Assembly: GCF_009914755.1 (NCBI RefSeq)
Contig: NC_060930.1
Strand: one strand, 5' to 3'
Length of the DNA: 64,000 nucleotides
Source of the DNA: the human T2T-CHM13v2.0 reference genome, Homo sapiens
Of the stretch, positions 1-15,211 are shown piece by piece. The translations under genes and the position numbers were made by a program. The notes below the pieces were generated by a model. That model was not told the DNA's origin, did no database searches, and saw only the letters and a program-made list of their open reading frames with translations. Every line of letters begins with the position of its first letter. Positions within the stretch are counted from its first letter, which is position 1.

Positions 1-1425
1 TGACAGTTCTAAATTGAAAATAAATGTTGCTTTTGACAAAGATAAAAGAATGATAAAAATATGCACAGCCCAGCATTGGAGTAAGGAAGACAATGTTTGG
101 ACGTGTTATAAATTAGTACTTTTAAAAGAGGATTTAAAAAAAAAATGAACCCACATATATAATGAATTGGAGCAAATGACACATGTAGCAAATTATTTCC
201 CCCAGCATAAGCTGGAATAATTTTTAGATCTCAGTAACAATATGAGAATGACTATCAGTGGCCAACTGAAAAAACCTGGTACCCTGTTATTCAGAAATGG
301 CTCTGAGTACTAATCAGTGCAATAACAATGGCGTTTTTACATGTTTCCCGACTTTTTTTTTTTTAATATTTCATAGTGGAGGTGTTTTTCTTTCACAGGA
401 AAAAGAAAAATCTTCTAACACAGTATGGATCATTGGGCAGAAGACAGAAAATACAGAAACAGGAAATACAGGCAACTATTCACTTAATTCATATTTAAAT
501 GACACTTTCTGCTTGTAATTAAGACACTCAAGTAGTGTCTCTGTTCATGAAATTTACATAACTGTACAATAGCTTGCCTAAATGAACAGCAAATGGCAGT
601 TAACTTTGAAGTGTATTATCTTAATTGAATAAATCTGGCTTTAATTCAATAAATTAAAAACATAGAAAAAATATCGCAAAGACTTTTAAAAACAGACTTG
701 CCACCCCCCATAAATACAGCATGGTACTGTTTATAGCTGTGTTGGAATGCTCGGACATTTTCCAGTATGATTTTAGAACTCTAAAAGCATTCCGGTACAC
801 ACTCACTGTTTTTCCATCATTGTTTCCAAAGCAAATCAATGTCACTTTCTGGAAATCATTGATAAGAATATCTGAACACGAAATCAAAACACATAAGCTT
901 GCTTATATGAGATGGTTCCTCATCTGGGCTTCCAATTTCTCCATCTCCATGGGAAATCTGGTCTTTCTCTTTTTCAATTCTGTATCACTGAGTGTCCTAT
1001 GACATAGAGAAAAGACTAAATAGAGGAAAATCGTTTTCTTGCATAGGAAATACACGTTCCCATCACTTTTCCATTTAAATCAGATTTACATGGATCATAA
1101 ATCCCTTCAGCATAGGAGAACTGACAGAAGATGCTAAATTCTCCCCTCCCAAAGTTTGTTGCTTTAATCAGCACCATCGTGTTTCAGTGATTATATAGTT
1201 AAGGAGAAGAAATCATGCAATATGTTTTTATTTGCATGAAATAAGTTAATTAGGCACCACCTGTGCCTTGTATCAGTCAACTAGGGGAAAAAAAAGGCAG
1301 GAGAACACAGGTGTTCTAAGAGCATCATAGTAGATTTTATACATTAACTTAAAAATTCTAAAACCTAAAATCACTTATCAGAATCCAGCAGCGCATATTG
1401 CTAAGGAATAACCCATGCACGATTG

Positions 1426-1440
1426 CGCACGCACACACAG

Positions 1441-1471
<31 letters not shown>

Positions 1472-1477
1472 CACACA
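1426..1477. repeat. (CA)n microsatellite, imperfect
   Basis: Direct reading of the sequence. Confidence 0.95.
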
Positions 1478-3914
1478 GATATAAATAAAAATCGCTGTGA
1501 AGAAATTCCTGGTTTCTTGGCTAGCAAGAAAAAAAAGGTCGTAATTCATTCTTTCCTCGTTCTCACAGTGTTCACTATTGTACCATCTGCAATATACAAT
1601 GTACATGCTCAGCCATAACCCATACGGCTGGAAAAGAAGCATTCACACTGTGAATTACCATTTTTCCCAGCATCTAGCTCTAGTCAAAGACAGCACAATA
1701 ATAAACTAGAAGCTCCTTTGTCTGTTAAACATTGTTCTTCATTACTACATGAAAAGCAAATTGTCTTTGTATAGAGGAAGAGTGGCACACACGGCCATGG
1801 GAGTGGGGGAAGGGATTTGTCTCTCTCACTGACCACCTCACAGCCACGGCGGCCATTCTTCTTTCTCCACTTGCCCACCCAACTATGCCTTGGAAATTAC
1901 TTCATCTGCAAGCCCATTGGGGATAGATCCCTTGCTCCATTGAGTGAGATGTTGGATTAGAGACTCATGGTATGCTTTTACACTGAATGTCCTGACACTT
2001 ACATCCACAGATACATATTTTTAAAATCAATTTGGTCTGTCACTTTTTACTTTTTTATGAGAAGTGAAGCTTATCCCAGACATTCTTTTTTTCTGGGCTA
2101 AATATACTCAGCAAGTTATTGTGGGTTGTTTGGGCTCCTAAGAGCCAAGTGAAAAGCAAGCGAGGAAGAAAACCAAGAAAATATTTGGAGCAGCAGATAT
2201 AGATAAAAATGTAAACATATAGCTATAGCACATAGTAATGCTTACTATGAAAGTTAAGAAAATGTATACATTAGACCAGAACTAACTCATCCAATGAAAG
2301 GGTCCTTGTAATGGAAATCGGTCACTTATAAGAAATTAATGATGGCCTAAAGGTTTTTTATTCTTTTGGATTTAACAAATTCCAACAAATCTTTCACCCA
2401 ATGAACTTGCTTACAAAAACTTTACCAAATTAAACTTTACCAAACAAAAACTTTACCAAATTAAAATATCATGACAGATAGACATGAAGGCCAATGGGCA
2501 AACTCAAGTCCTTATTTCAAATGTCAAAGAAAATTGCTTCTTTGTGACACCTCGTTTCACTCTCAATGGATCATTGCCATAGTGTGTTGCTGGAAAGGTG
2601 TGCCAGGAGATGTAGAAGGGTGCTCTGACAGGCATAAAGTGAGCGGCAAAAGTCAGATCTGTAGAATTAACCGTACTGGATAGGGACTGGCTGAACAAAA
2701 TAAACCACCTGATTATCAGTCCCAAAGTAGTTCAGTTTGTGTGTTCACTGTTAAAAAGAAGCCGAGATCTCATCAGAGACTAGTAAAAATCACTGGGGAG
2801 AGAATGTCCAAAGATAAACTGTGGACATAAAACAGCTGTTTCTATATTGGCGGGTTTTGCAGTAGACTTTGTGATTGCTAGTTTTCCTCCCTTGCATGGG
2901 AATAATACTTGGCTCACCGAGTTGTCATTAAGCTTCAAAAACATTATATGTATAAAATAACTCCAATAATTTCCCGTATATAGTAGGTTCACAATAAGTG
3001 CCAGTTGCCTTTTCAGATGCAGATTAACATTTGATTTTAATTTAGGAAGAAAAGAACTTAATTGCCAAGTACCATGTTCACATTCGTTCTCTTACAGGAG
3101 ACATAATTTTTTATTTTTAATGTGCCATACTTGACAACCTGAGAACTTATGATTGTGAAGTAATCATAATGATTCCTCCCAACTTTGAAATGCTGTTATT
3201 CTGGAATATTCCCCAATTTCTAAACTTTATATACTCAACCCAGAAAATAAGTCTATTCTCCTAGAGGTCACAACTATAATCTATCTAAAGAGAAGCCTGC
3301 TTATGTATTTTTACCATGTGACATGTGACTTAGGGCTAGCTTTGACTTAGGCAGGCCCATTCTATGTAAACATGATGCTGACATCACCAGGAGACAGAGG
3401 AAGAATCTCAGTCCATGCCCATGAGAAAGTGGTAAAAATACATGAGTCACATTAGAAACATCTGTCTTCAATCCCAAATTAAGGACTTCCCAGAATAAGG
3501 GACAACTTGTGGACCACATGATCTGCTCTCCAACTTGAACTATTTGCTTATTTGTCTTAATTCTATGAATATATAAAAAATAGCTAATGGTTTCCCTTTC
3601 TTAATAATACTGCATTTCCTTGAGAGTTTGCATGCTGGTTTCCAAATTGTTACAACAAATATATTTTTTTAATTTTCAGCTCGAATGCCCCTTCTTAATT
3701 TAGAATGACAATATTTGTTCCTCAACTCATAAAACAAAGCATTTATTAACAGTCCCTATAATTCTGCTTTTTGTCACTTGCAGGGAAACATGTTGAACTT
3801 ACTGACTGTAGATCTTCACATTTAAGATTCTCCCTTTTCAATATCTTTTTTCTCTTCTTCTCCATGGGCCCTTCTTCATCGTTTCAAACATACATAGATA
3901 TCCTCAGTCTAGAG

Positions 3915-4140
3915 CAGTTGTTCTAACCTGGGGACAATTCTACCTCTAGGGGACATTTAACAATGTCTGGAATCATTTTTGTTGTCAAATTGGGTGGAGG
4001 GGTGATACTGGCATCTGGTGGGTAGAGGTCAGAGCTGTTGCAGAATTTCCTACAATGCACAGGGTAGCCCCATTGCCTGTCCCCACAACAAAGAATCATC
4101 CAGCTCAAAATATCAATTGTTTCAAAGTGGAGAAGCCCTC
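3915..4140 (+). mobile_element. MER20 (hAT-Charlie)
   Basis: MER20-like sequence with 8-bp TSD (G/A)TCTAGAG at 3907-3914 and 4141-4148. Confidence 0.85.
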
Positions 4141-4175
4141 ATCTAGAGGGGAAAACAAATGTTTTTAAAAACTAG

Positions 4176-4543
<368 letters not shown>

Positions 4544-4701
4544 TTTTTTTGCTTTTTGGTTTTTTGTTTTTGTTTTTTTGTTGGAGAGATGGAGTTTTGC
4601 ATTTTTGCTCAGGCTGGTCTCAATCTCCTGAGCTCAAATGATCCATCCACCTCGGCCTCCCAAAGTGCTGGGATTACAGGCGTGAGCCAGTGCACCCAGC
4701 C
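4544..4701 (-). mobile_element. FLAM_C Alu monomer
   Basis: Monomer; outer TSD TTGCTAAACTTTTCT at ~4225-4239 and 4704-4718. Confidence 0.8.
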
Positions 4702-5080
4702 CGTTGCTAAACTTTTCTAAGACATCTCCCCTGCATCCATATTCTATTATGCTCTTAATCTTCTGCAGCTGATTTTCCTTCCAAGCAACTCACTGCAACT
4801 GCTCTCTTTAGGGTCACCAACCTCCTTAATTGTCAAATCAAACAATCCAATAAACATTTTTTCCAGCCTTATCTTATTTTGACACCTCTATTGCATTCAA
4901 ACTGTTGGTCTTTTTCTCCTTCTTATAATACTCTTGTCTCTTTTTCTTTGCCCCTTGACACAATCCTCCTCAAGTCTTCATCCTTGTGATCATAATCATC
5001 ATCATCATCAATCCATCATCACAACTCCTAACATCACATGCATCACTTCATTCTGTTCTCCATTTAAATCCCCCTATCAG

Positions 5081-5759
5081 GAGCACTTCTACACTGCTGG
5101 TGGGAATGTAAACTAGTACAGCCACTATGGAAAACAGTGTGGAGGTTCCTTAAAGAACTAAAAATAGAACTACCATTTGATCCAGCAATCCCATTACTGG
5201 GTATCTACCCAGAGGGAAATAAGTCATTATTTGAGGAAGACACTTGCACATGCATGTTTATAGCAGCACAAGTCACAATTGCAAAATCCTGGAACCAACC
5301 CAAATGCCCATCAGTCAATGAGTGGATAAAGAAACTGTGGTGTATATATACAATGCAATACTACACAGCCATAAAAAGGATTGAATTAACAGCATTTGCA
5401 GTGACCTGGATGAGATTGGAGACTATTATTATAAGTGAGGTAACCCAGGAATGGAAAACCAAACATCGTATGTTCTCACTGATATGTGAGAGCTAAGCTA
5501 TGAGGACACAGAGGCATACGAATGACACAGTGGACTTCGGGGACTTGGGGGGAAAAGTGGGAGGGGGGAGAGATAAAAGACTACGCATATGGTGGGTGCA
5601 ATGTACACTGCTCAGTTGATGGGTGCACCAAAATCTCACAAATCACCACTGAAGAACTCTAACCAAATTCCACCTGTACCCCAATAACTTATGGAAATAT
5701 ATTTTAAAAAATAACAAAACCATAAAAACATAAATAAGTAAATAAATAAATAAATAAAT
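5081..5759 (+). mobile_element. 5'-truncated L1PB-type 3' end
   Basis: ORF 5137-5496 is ORF2 C-terminus ([13 protein letters not shown]); L1PB-like 3'UTR; (TAAA)n tail; TSD AAATCCCCC(C)TATCAG at 5066-5080 and 5760-5775. Confidence 0.88.
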
Positions 5760-5779
5760 AAATCCCCCCTATCAGAGAG

Positions 5780-6035
5780 GTTTCTCCTGGCTACCCTACC
5801 CAATGTAACACCATCTGATCTTTCTATGCTCTTGTTTCTCTTCATAGCATTTTTTGCCACCCAATATTATTTTATATGTGAATTTTAATTTTTTCATTGT
5901 CTCTTCTCACCCCACTCCCTTTCCTCCAGATTGTAAGCTTTATGATAGAATAGGAACAATATCTATCTTGTTCACTTCCATCTTATTAGTACCTAGTACT
6001 CAGTAGCTACACAGGCATATTTGTTGAATGAATAA
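5780..6035. mobile_element. L2 3' end relic
   Basis: agattgtaagct...tcttgttcact...atatttgttgaatgaat motifs. Confidence 0.65.
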
Positions 6036-7025
6036 AAGGATAAGTGAGAAAATGAAGGGAAACGGGGCCTATGAAGTGCTTTCTAGTAGCAGGCACTGTG
6101 CTTAGTTAGCACAGTATCCTTCCAGCACTGGTAGTATATGCTTTCTTACAACTCTTTGTCTCCTAAGATGCTGCTCCAAGCTGATACTCCTATTTCGATG
6201 ACCACTTCTCTGTCTCCTTTGATGCCTCCTCTTCTTCCTCTTACTGCCTGGCTACTTCTAAGATTCCCTCCTTGATGCTATGCCATCCCATTGCTCTGTG
6301 CTCTCTTTGACAGCATGTTTTAGTGTCCCGCTTCAGTGGCCCCAATAGCACAAAATTCAGTATGCCACACCTCACATCTGCAGAACCAGCTGTATTATTC
6401 ATCCTTGTGGCAGACCTACCACGTCTAGGCCAGTGCTGTTGCTGGTGACTGTTTCAACATTTGCAAAGGCCTTGATGCAGGAAGAGGCCTTCATGCAGGA
6501 AGAAGCCTTGAACTTTTAGGGAAGTGGTGAAAGTCCAGTGTGGCTGGAATGAGGAGTGAGGGGTGCAACAATGATAAAATATGCTGGTGAAGAAATCTTT
6601 ACTGGACACCCCTTTTGTGTATACAATTATCTAAGATGTGTGGGCAAAAAATTAAAGATGAACTTGATGCCCCTTCATCAATAAAGTTTGGTGATTTAGT
6701 ATCACAAGCATACTGTCTAAATGGTGCTCATGTCTGTGTCCCAATCAAACACCTTTATTTCACTGTGTAAAGCTCCCCCCGCCCCGCCCCGCGCTTGCAT
6801 CCTTTCTGACGTTCCCCTATGGTCGATTTCACTGCTCCTGCTTACTTCACAAAACCAATTATCAGGCATTGTTTATTTTTTAAAATGGTGATCTCTATAT
6901 AACATTATTCAGAACAAGAAAATATAGTTTTATTTTAAAGTGTTAAGAATCCACATGGAACTTAAATTACATGTAACAGAGGAAAGCACAGTTTTTGGAA
7001 GTGGCCATATAACTTTAAAAAGATG

Positions 7026-7330
7026 GGCCGGGTACAGTGGCTCAAGCCTGGAATCCTTCAGCACTTAGGGAGGCCGAGGCGGGTGGATCACCTGAGGTCA
7101 GGAGTTTGAGACCAGCCTGGCCAACATGGTGAAACCCCACCTCTACTATAAAAATACAAAAATTAGCCAGTTGTGGTGGCAGCCACCTGTAATCCCAGAT
7201 ACTCAGGTGGCTGAGCCAGGAGAATCGCTTGAACCCAGGAAATGGAGGTTGCAGTGAGCTGAGATCACACCACATAGCACTCCAGCCTGGCAACAAAGTG
7301 AGACTCCGTCTCAAGAAAAAAAAAAAAAAA
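7026..7330 (+). mobile_element. AluS
   Basis: Full dimer with A-tail; TSD AAAAAGATG. Confidence 0.93.
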
Positions 7331-10300
7331 GATGCCATTAGCTTTTCCCTCTTGTACCCAACTAAGTTTTCTTCTTCAAAGTATTTTTTTTTTCCTTCCT
7401 ATAACTCAATTTTCTTCTAGCCAGGTTCTTTGCCTTTATAGAAAAGTCCTCAATGGTAAGCAAACTGCTGAAAGAAATCACATATAACGTGAGTTATCAA
7501 GGGGAATTTGAAAGAAAAGTAATTTCTTTCTAGGAATACCAGCCAAGACAAAGAAGAAGCTGAGTGTATGTAAGTGTGTGTGCATGTATACATGTGTCTG
7601 CTTATGGCAATATTTATACATAACATGGAATCAGCTTCTGAGGTATTCTTAGACATCGTCTACTTTTAAAATTTTCAATAGTCATGAACTCAATAAGTAA
7701 TAAATAAATAAGAGATGACTTCCACTATAGGTGAGGCAATTACATAGATAACTTACTTTAAAAATCTTTTGAGAAAAAATAAGCAGATATCGTAAAAAAA
7801 AAAAGAGTAAGTTTAAGCATTTTGGAAACTGTAAGGTATTAGACAAATGCAACATGTTATTCTTATTAATAAATAATGACTTGTACATTACTTGGCTTTG
7901 CACATTTAGAAATACGGTGTGACTGAAACATTATCATTGGGAGCCGCTTTAAATATAAGTGTGAAGTAAATTTGAGAGAGAATCTAGAAGAAAATAATTA
8001 CTTTTTTCTTTCTGAACTTGTCTTAGAATGTTTATAGTTGAAGTTTTTTATTTTAAATCACTGTTTTTCTTTTCTATACTAATATGTCTTCTATACTAAT
8101 TATCTTCTAGTCTAATATGCCTGGACATGAAGTGAAGACGGGAGTGTAGATGTAATATTCTGCCTAGAAAGATTTGTATTTCTGTGATACTATATACCAT
8201 CAGTTTAACTGATTAAAAGAATTAACCAACTGGCAACCATGGGTGTTTTCATTACTTGGGTATTTTAGCACATTTTCAACTGAGAGAGATAAAAGAGGTA
8301 GAAACCACTTGGGAATCACGGATAACAACAGGGTATATTTAGATAATGGAAATTTGATATTAATTTTGGGGAGAAATAGCTGAAATCCTGCAATATGTGG
8401 AATCAAGAACGTTGGTTATTTGTCGGGTCCCTGTATTGCACAGTTTAAAACTGATGCTTATAAGAATCACTTGGTTTGCAAAATTGCCAAGGGACTAAAT
8501 GACTTAATCAACCTTTCCCATTTTTATCTGCAGTCAATCTAAGCTTATTATTATCAAACCACTCAAGTGATGGCCCCTGATTGAAGAGAACATTCCATGG
8601 GGAACAACATGAGTAGCCTTCCCTCCTGGGAGGGGGGATATCCACAGACATTGCAATGTTCTTTTTTTCACCTTCAGCCTCTATAGGTAGAAACTTAAAA
8701 GCCATTTTGAACATTATCTCATTATCCCTTCACTTTTGAACTAGGAGTTGATTACCCTTAATTTGCAAGGGGGCACTGTATTGAGAAGTAAGCCGATTTC
8801 ACTAATGTTACATACAAAGCACTCTGCACCAAGCTAAGAACAGAATTCAGACCTTCAGGTCATGATTCAACCTCTGCCTCTGTATTTGCATAGCATAATA
8901 TTATGAATAGGATCCTCTCCTCTTCTGAAAAATAACAAGATATTATTAACAAAATGAATCCTTTAATGCACACTTAAAATCCTGTTTCTTAAATCAAAGG
9001 TGGCTATTTCTGGAAAAGAAATAAATTCAGGCATTCAAATATAGCAGTGGTTTTATTTTATTTATTTGTTTTTCCAGTTAGAAAGCTGCTCTGCTCAATA
9101 AGAGCCCAAATGAATGACTACATTCTTCAAAGAGACAAACTAAGGTAACCCTGATTGTTATGTTGACTTTGTTAAAGGCAATGGCCCAAAGCATTAGTAA
9201 TTAAAGCTCATTTAAAATTAATTTAATTTTCAGGAGCCCATAAACTCATAAAATCAGGCACATGTAAAATAAACAGCTACAGATGCATTTTTGAAACCTA
9301 ATAGTTTCCAAAGTGAAAAGATGGAACAAGAGAAGGAGAAAGAAAAGGGAATAAAGAGAGAGTGAGAAAAGAGAAAGTGCCCAGTATTAGTCTAAGAAGC
9401 TTGTCTTTTGAGCCCCAGTCCACTGTTTCAAAGGCAGGATTAGTTAGTTCACTTAGTAAAATTTCAAGTTGCTGAAGCATCATTGTGCTTCTCTTCAGAA
9501 TGGAGCCAAATTAGATGGAGACATTGGAAAATGCTTCTCTGGGAAAACATTAATTTTGTACACATTTCTCAAAACAGATGAGAGCTCCCATTTCTACTAC
9601 CTTAACTCTGCAGAAATTAATTAACTACTTTTGGCAGTAGAGTATTACCCAACCTTTACATTGATGAAAGCTTCAACTATTCCTCACAACTTTTAGACAC
9701 AGGCTTTTAGATGACCAAACATGAGTTCTGGGAAAAGTGATTAATATATCTAAACTGTGGTCCAACTTTTATTTTTAAAAATAAAATGAAAGATGTAGAA
9801 ACACCTTATTTTCAAAATAAGGGTTGGGAGTGAGAAATCTACTTGTGCAAATGTGGAAAAGGACAGTGGCATCTACAGTAAGCTGCAAGTGTAGATGTTT
9901 GAGTGTAAGAGCTAGAGGTGGAGTATGCATGTGGGAGAGCAAAGGACATGAAAATAAAAGTAACAGTCTCCTTTCTCTCCCCATCCCTTTCTCTCTTTAC
10001 AGAATACACACTTTCAGTCAACTAAATGACCTAATACTGAAAATACAATGGCTTCAGAAAAGACAGACTATTTACAGAACTCTATTCGTGAAACAGACAT
10101 TAGAGACAATCCAATCCGATCTCTGTTACATTCAGTAAGTCCAGCAAAAGCCCCTGGATAGTGATGTTTGTTTTCTCTCACCAGCTCACTTGTAGTTGAG
10201 GCTGACAAGTTTAGAAAACTTGTCTAGAAGTCTGCCACCCATTTGGTGGCACAGAGCAATTCTTAGAAGGCTATTCTAAGTCCTAATTCTGCTCTCTTGA

Positions 10301-10349
10301 GCAACACAGGATACAATATGTTGCTCCTCTTCATCTGCAGGCAATAGTA

Positions 10350-10700
10350 TGGTGGTCAGACCTGGGTCAGAGAGACATGGGTGGATTACTCAACCTCTCT
10401 AAGCATCAGCTTCATTACCTGTAAAAGGAAATAACAGGTATTTCCAATCCTCAGAAAAAGGATTTTTGTTAGGGTTAATGAAATAATGCACTTAGAACAA
10501 TGCCTAGAATTTAACTAATGCTTAACTACATTAGCTGCTTTGATGGTGTTTAGGTGTCAGACAGCCCTGAGTTCAAATCTCAGCTCCACTGTTTAGTAGC
10601 TGTCCTTAGGTTAATACATTTATCTGAGCTTCTGTTTTTTTTTTATCTTTGAGATGTCTATCTCACAAGGGTTTTGTAAGATTTAATGAAAAAAATTTAA
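10350..10700. mobile_element. MIR relics
   Basis: ctgagttcaaatctcagctccac..tttagtagctgt and aacctctctaagcatcagcttc motifs. Confidence 0.6.
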
Positions 10701-10872
10701 AGTGGCTGATATTTGGCTCTAATATTTTTATCATCATTGTCATCAGTGAACACTTAATCAATGTCCTCCTTAAATTATATTGCTAGAAACTGATAAAAAA
10801 ACAATTCTAAAGTAGTCAGAATCAGCCCAAAGGGTACCGTGAAGACTGTCTCCCTTGACCCTAAACATGATA

Positions 10873-11635
10873 CAGTAGTCCTGCCACTCCCCCCACAGTC
10901 CCCCACCACCCCCACAGCCCCCTGCACCATCCATGGTTTTGCCTTCTGCAGTTTCAGTTACCCTGGCCCAACTGTCATCTGGAAATATTAAATGGAAAAT
11001 TCCAGAAATAAAAAATTCATAAGTGTTAAATTGCACACCGTTCTGAGTAGTGTGATGAAATCTTACACCATCCTGCTCCATCCTGCTTGGGACGTGAATC
11101 ATCTCTTTGTCCAGCATATCCACACTGTATGCACTCCCTGCCCATGAATCACATAGAAACCATCTCGATGAGCAGATCGGCTGTCGCCATTTCACAGTGC
11201 TTGTGTTCAACTAACCCACATTTTACTTAGTAATGGCCCCAAAGTATGAGAGTAGTGATGCTGGCAATCTGGCTATGCCAAAGAAAAGTAAAGTGCATCC
11301 TTTAAGTGAAAAGATGAAAGTTCTCAACTTAATAAGAAAAAATATATATACTGAGGTTGCTAAAGTCTACGATAAAAATCGTTTATCCATGAAATTGTGA
11401 AGAAGGAAAAAGAACTTTATACTAGTTCTGTGGTTGCACCTCAAACTGCGAAAGTTATGGCCACAGTGCATAAGAGCTTAATTAAGATGAAAAGGCATTA
11501 AATGTGTGGGTGGAAGACATGAACAGAAACACGTTCCGATTGATGGCCATCGGGTTCGGTGCTATCTGCAGTTTCAGGCATCCACTGAGGGTCTCGAAGT
11601 ATATCCCCTGTGGATAAGGGGTGGGGGGACTATTG
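10873..11635. mobile_element. MER44 (Tigger7-derived non-autonomous element)
   Basis: TA|CAGTAGTCC...GGGGGACTATTG|TA terminal inverted repeats with TA TSD; typical aatattaaatggaaaattccagaaataa core. Confidence 0.85.
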
Positions 11636-12305
11636 TACATTCTTTAATGCAGTCTAACATTGTATTTGTTTTTCTTCTTTTAGACCCTTAGAAATAAGAG
11701 TATGAAAGAGAAAATACATACTCTGGAATCCATTGGTCCTACCCCACTTATTCAGAATAATTCAATTAAAAACAACATACACCATATAGGAATGTCAACA
11801 GTGAAGGTGAGTCGCATGAGAATTCTCTTTTGAAAAAGACGTATTTATACTTAATTTATTTATCCAGTCCAGTAATTACTCTGCAAACACTTGCCAAGTG
11901 CCTACAGACTGCGTCAAGCATAGCCTTACTCTCTAGCTTTCTAGGTCTCATGATTCAGGGGCATCTGGGATCCTATGACCTGTTTAACAGAATCCTATTT
12001 CTCTTAGATGGCCTTAAAATGACCTGTGTGTGATTTGCTCTACATAATTATTCATGTTTCCCAGAGAGGTAACATTATGTAGGTCTTCGAAATACAGATT
12101 TCAAATTGAAAAGGTTGAACTACCTCCCATCAAGATGGTAGCATATGAAAGGGCAATACATTCCAATCCCAACACAGCTAACCAGTGCATAAATCACCTG
12201 GACTTCTCCCTCATCTACAGAATAAGGGCACCATTCTAAGTAGTGTAAAAAGTCCCTTCTAGCCTTCTCATTCGAACATTATGTAACTGCATTATTCTAT
12301 CATTA

Positions 12306-12638
<333 letters not shown>

Positions 12639-13259
12639 CTATGTATGTCCTAGGATAATAGCCCTAGGGTCAGTCATCATAGAATCAAATCAAAAGCTGA
12701 TATCTTTGTTAACTCTCTAACAAATATTCTAGAGGAAACTCCTGATGTCCCAAAATATATGAAACCAGCCTCAAAAAAATTCCTGCACCACACAGTGCTG
12801 CTTTTCCTACCAGCTAACTTCCCTCCTCATTCCTATTTCTTTCAAGTTACAGAAGTCCATTTTGTTCATATATTTAATTGCCACGAGCTTCAAAGGAGGC
12901 CAAGCCCCACCTGGTCCCAGGGGTTAAAGGTTTGTTGGCCTTAGCAAATCAGCATTATTTTAATCCCCTTGCCAATGGCTGGTTTAGGATTGGTTTGCTG
13001 TTAAAAATGCATATTTGAGAGGAAGCTCCTTTTTCCTACCCCTTTGTTGAGCTATATGAGGTGATGCTCAGAGCTTCTGCAGCCATCTTGTGATCACAGG
13101 ACCATAAACCTGAATATGGAAGTAAAGACATCAAACACAGCAAAGCAGAAAAATGGAAAACACCCAGGCCCTTCTTGACATTGTTGGGTTGCTGAGTTAA
13201 CTGACTCTGATTAGTTAACTTGTCTACTTGTTATCTGAGATTTAAAATAGTCCTTTTTC

Positions 13260-13432
13260 ATGGTTGTTTCTCAAATGGTAATGTGACTTCAAATAACTTG
13301 TGTGTCTGATTAAAATGCAGATTCTGATGTATTATAGGAGGCCCTGGGCTGGGTCTAGGGATTCTGCAGTTCTGACAAGCTCCCAGGTGAAGGTGACACT
13401 GCCAGTTCTGAGCCTGAACTCTGAGTAAGAAG
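13260..13432. mobile_element. MER5A (hAT-Charlie)
   Basis: ttaaaatgcagattctgat...ctgacaagctcccaggtga...ctgagtaag motifs. Confidence 0.75.
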
Positions 13433-15211
13433 GGTTTAATTCACTTTAGATAGATATTCAGTGACTAGTAGCTGAAATCATCCTAAATGACACAACTCTC
13501 TTAATCTAGTATTTTCTCTCATCATCTCCTACCTGTGTTGATGAATCTATTTAAGGACCTAAAAATTTTAACATTAATTTCAGTTGCTGTTAACCTGCAT
13601 GCAGTTCATGCTTTGACTCGATTCCTCTCACTTCAATACCCCACCATCACTGGCACCTTCTTATTCTTTTCTGCCTTAAATAGGGCATTCACGAGTCCCA
13701 GCACCCACGGTGGGACAAAGGCGCCTGTGAATGCTAGGTGCCTTTGCCCTGCTCTAGCGTGGAGAGCTTGCCAGCACACCTGGCCCAAAGGTGATGCAGC
13801 TGCATGCACGTCGGTTCCTTCCCTGCCATCTCCAGCTCTAAAGAGAAATGCTTGAGCGCTTTTGCAAATCAAAACCTTTTCATCCTGAATTTGGTGATTC
13901 ACCCTGAATGGTGTCTTCTTGGAAAGTCTGTAATGCACTATTGTGTAAGATGGGTAAAATTGGCCTGTCTCATTGACAACGCTCTTCTCATGGCTCGGGA
14001 TGAGCTGAGGGAGGCGAGAGTCACAATAAAAAGGGTTCTTTACAAACGGCCTCCCTCCCGGGTCGATGTAGCCACGCCAGCGTACCTGCGTGGGATGGAT
14101 GGGCTGTCTACGCCCGCTGTTGGTATCACTGCCCCCTTTATTCCTCACATCCCTCTGGATGAGAATTAGATTTCAGCAGGTATGAAGATGGTGCTTGTTT
14201 TTAACAAGGAAAATTTACAAAGCTTCCATACTGAAAAAAAAAAAAAAAAGTGTGGGAGAGGCAAGCATTCAAAGGCCATGCCAAATTTGCTTTTCCCCAA
14301 AGCAGGGAGAGACAAAGGAAATCCCAAGCATACCTCCCAGACACAAAGAACATGTGTTTACCCTCCAAATTCAAGCAAGTGAACTCAGCTCATTATCCCA
14401 GGAGCCGGCCACTGAGTCTATCCAGTTCAAGAAAATGCCTACGGTCCCATTCAGAGAGTGGAGTTTTACCTTTGTATTCAGAGTCAACTAACACTTCTTT
14501 TCACAGCAGACAACTCTACACTATGAACTTTCACATATATTATCTTATTTGATCTCTTCAACAACCAACCCTGTCTGGTAGATACTGGAATTAGTAAGAG
14601 AAAACTCCAGAATCTGAAATGTGCCTATTGAGCCCAAGAAAGAAATTTTTACAAGAGGAAAAGCTAAAATTGCATTGGTAAACTCTGTTAAATAGTGCTA
14701 GCACAGTTTTAAGAGCAATCTATACTTTTTATTTTCCACACAGCTAAAACAGACCTCTCCTTGGCTTGTGCCTCAGTGGGACAGTCCTGGTCTTTGCAGA
14801 CAGAAAGACTGACCACCAGAACCTTGCCTTGGTAGCTTGTAGCCCTGGATTTATAACCCACAGTCACCTTGATGGGCCAGGACGATCTGGTCACAACTTG
14901 TCATGTCAGCTGCCAGCAAGCTAAGTCCAGCCCTTGGCCAAGTGTGTGTGGCTCTCTCAACTTTGTTCATTTGGATTCATTGCTGGTGTTTTAACATCTA
15001 GAGATGTCACATAAAAATCTGGATTTTTGAATTCTCCAAAGAAGTCAGAAGATCTGGCTGTACTACACCGTGGGATAATCCCTCTATGTCCTGGGCAGTG
15101 AGAGTGCCTCGAATCAGAGAAGGTGGTCTCCAGCTGGCCCACAAAAGCTCTCCCTGCTGTCTTTCCAACATGGGGGCCAGTGTTGTTTGTCAAATATCTA
15201 TCATTCTACAC

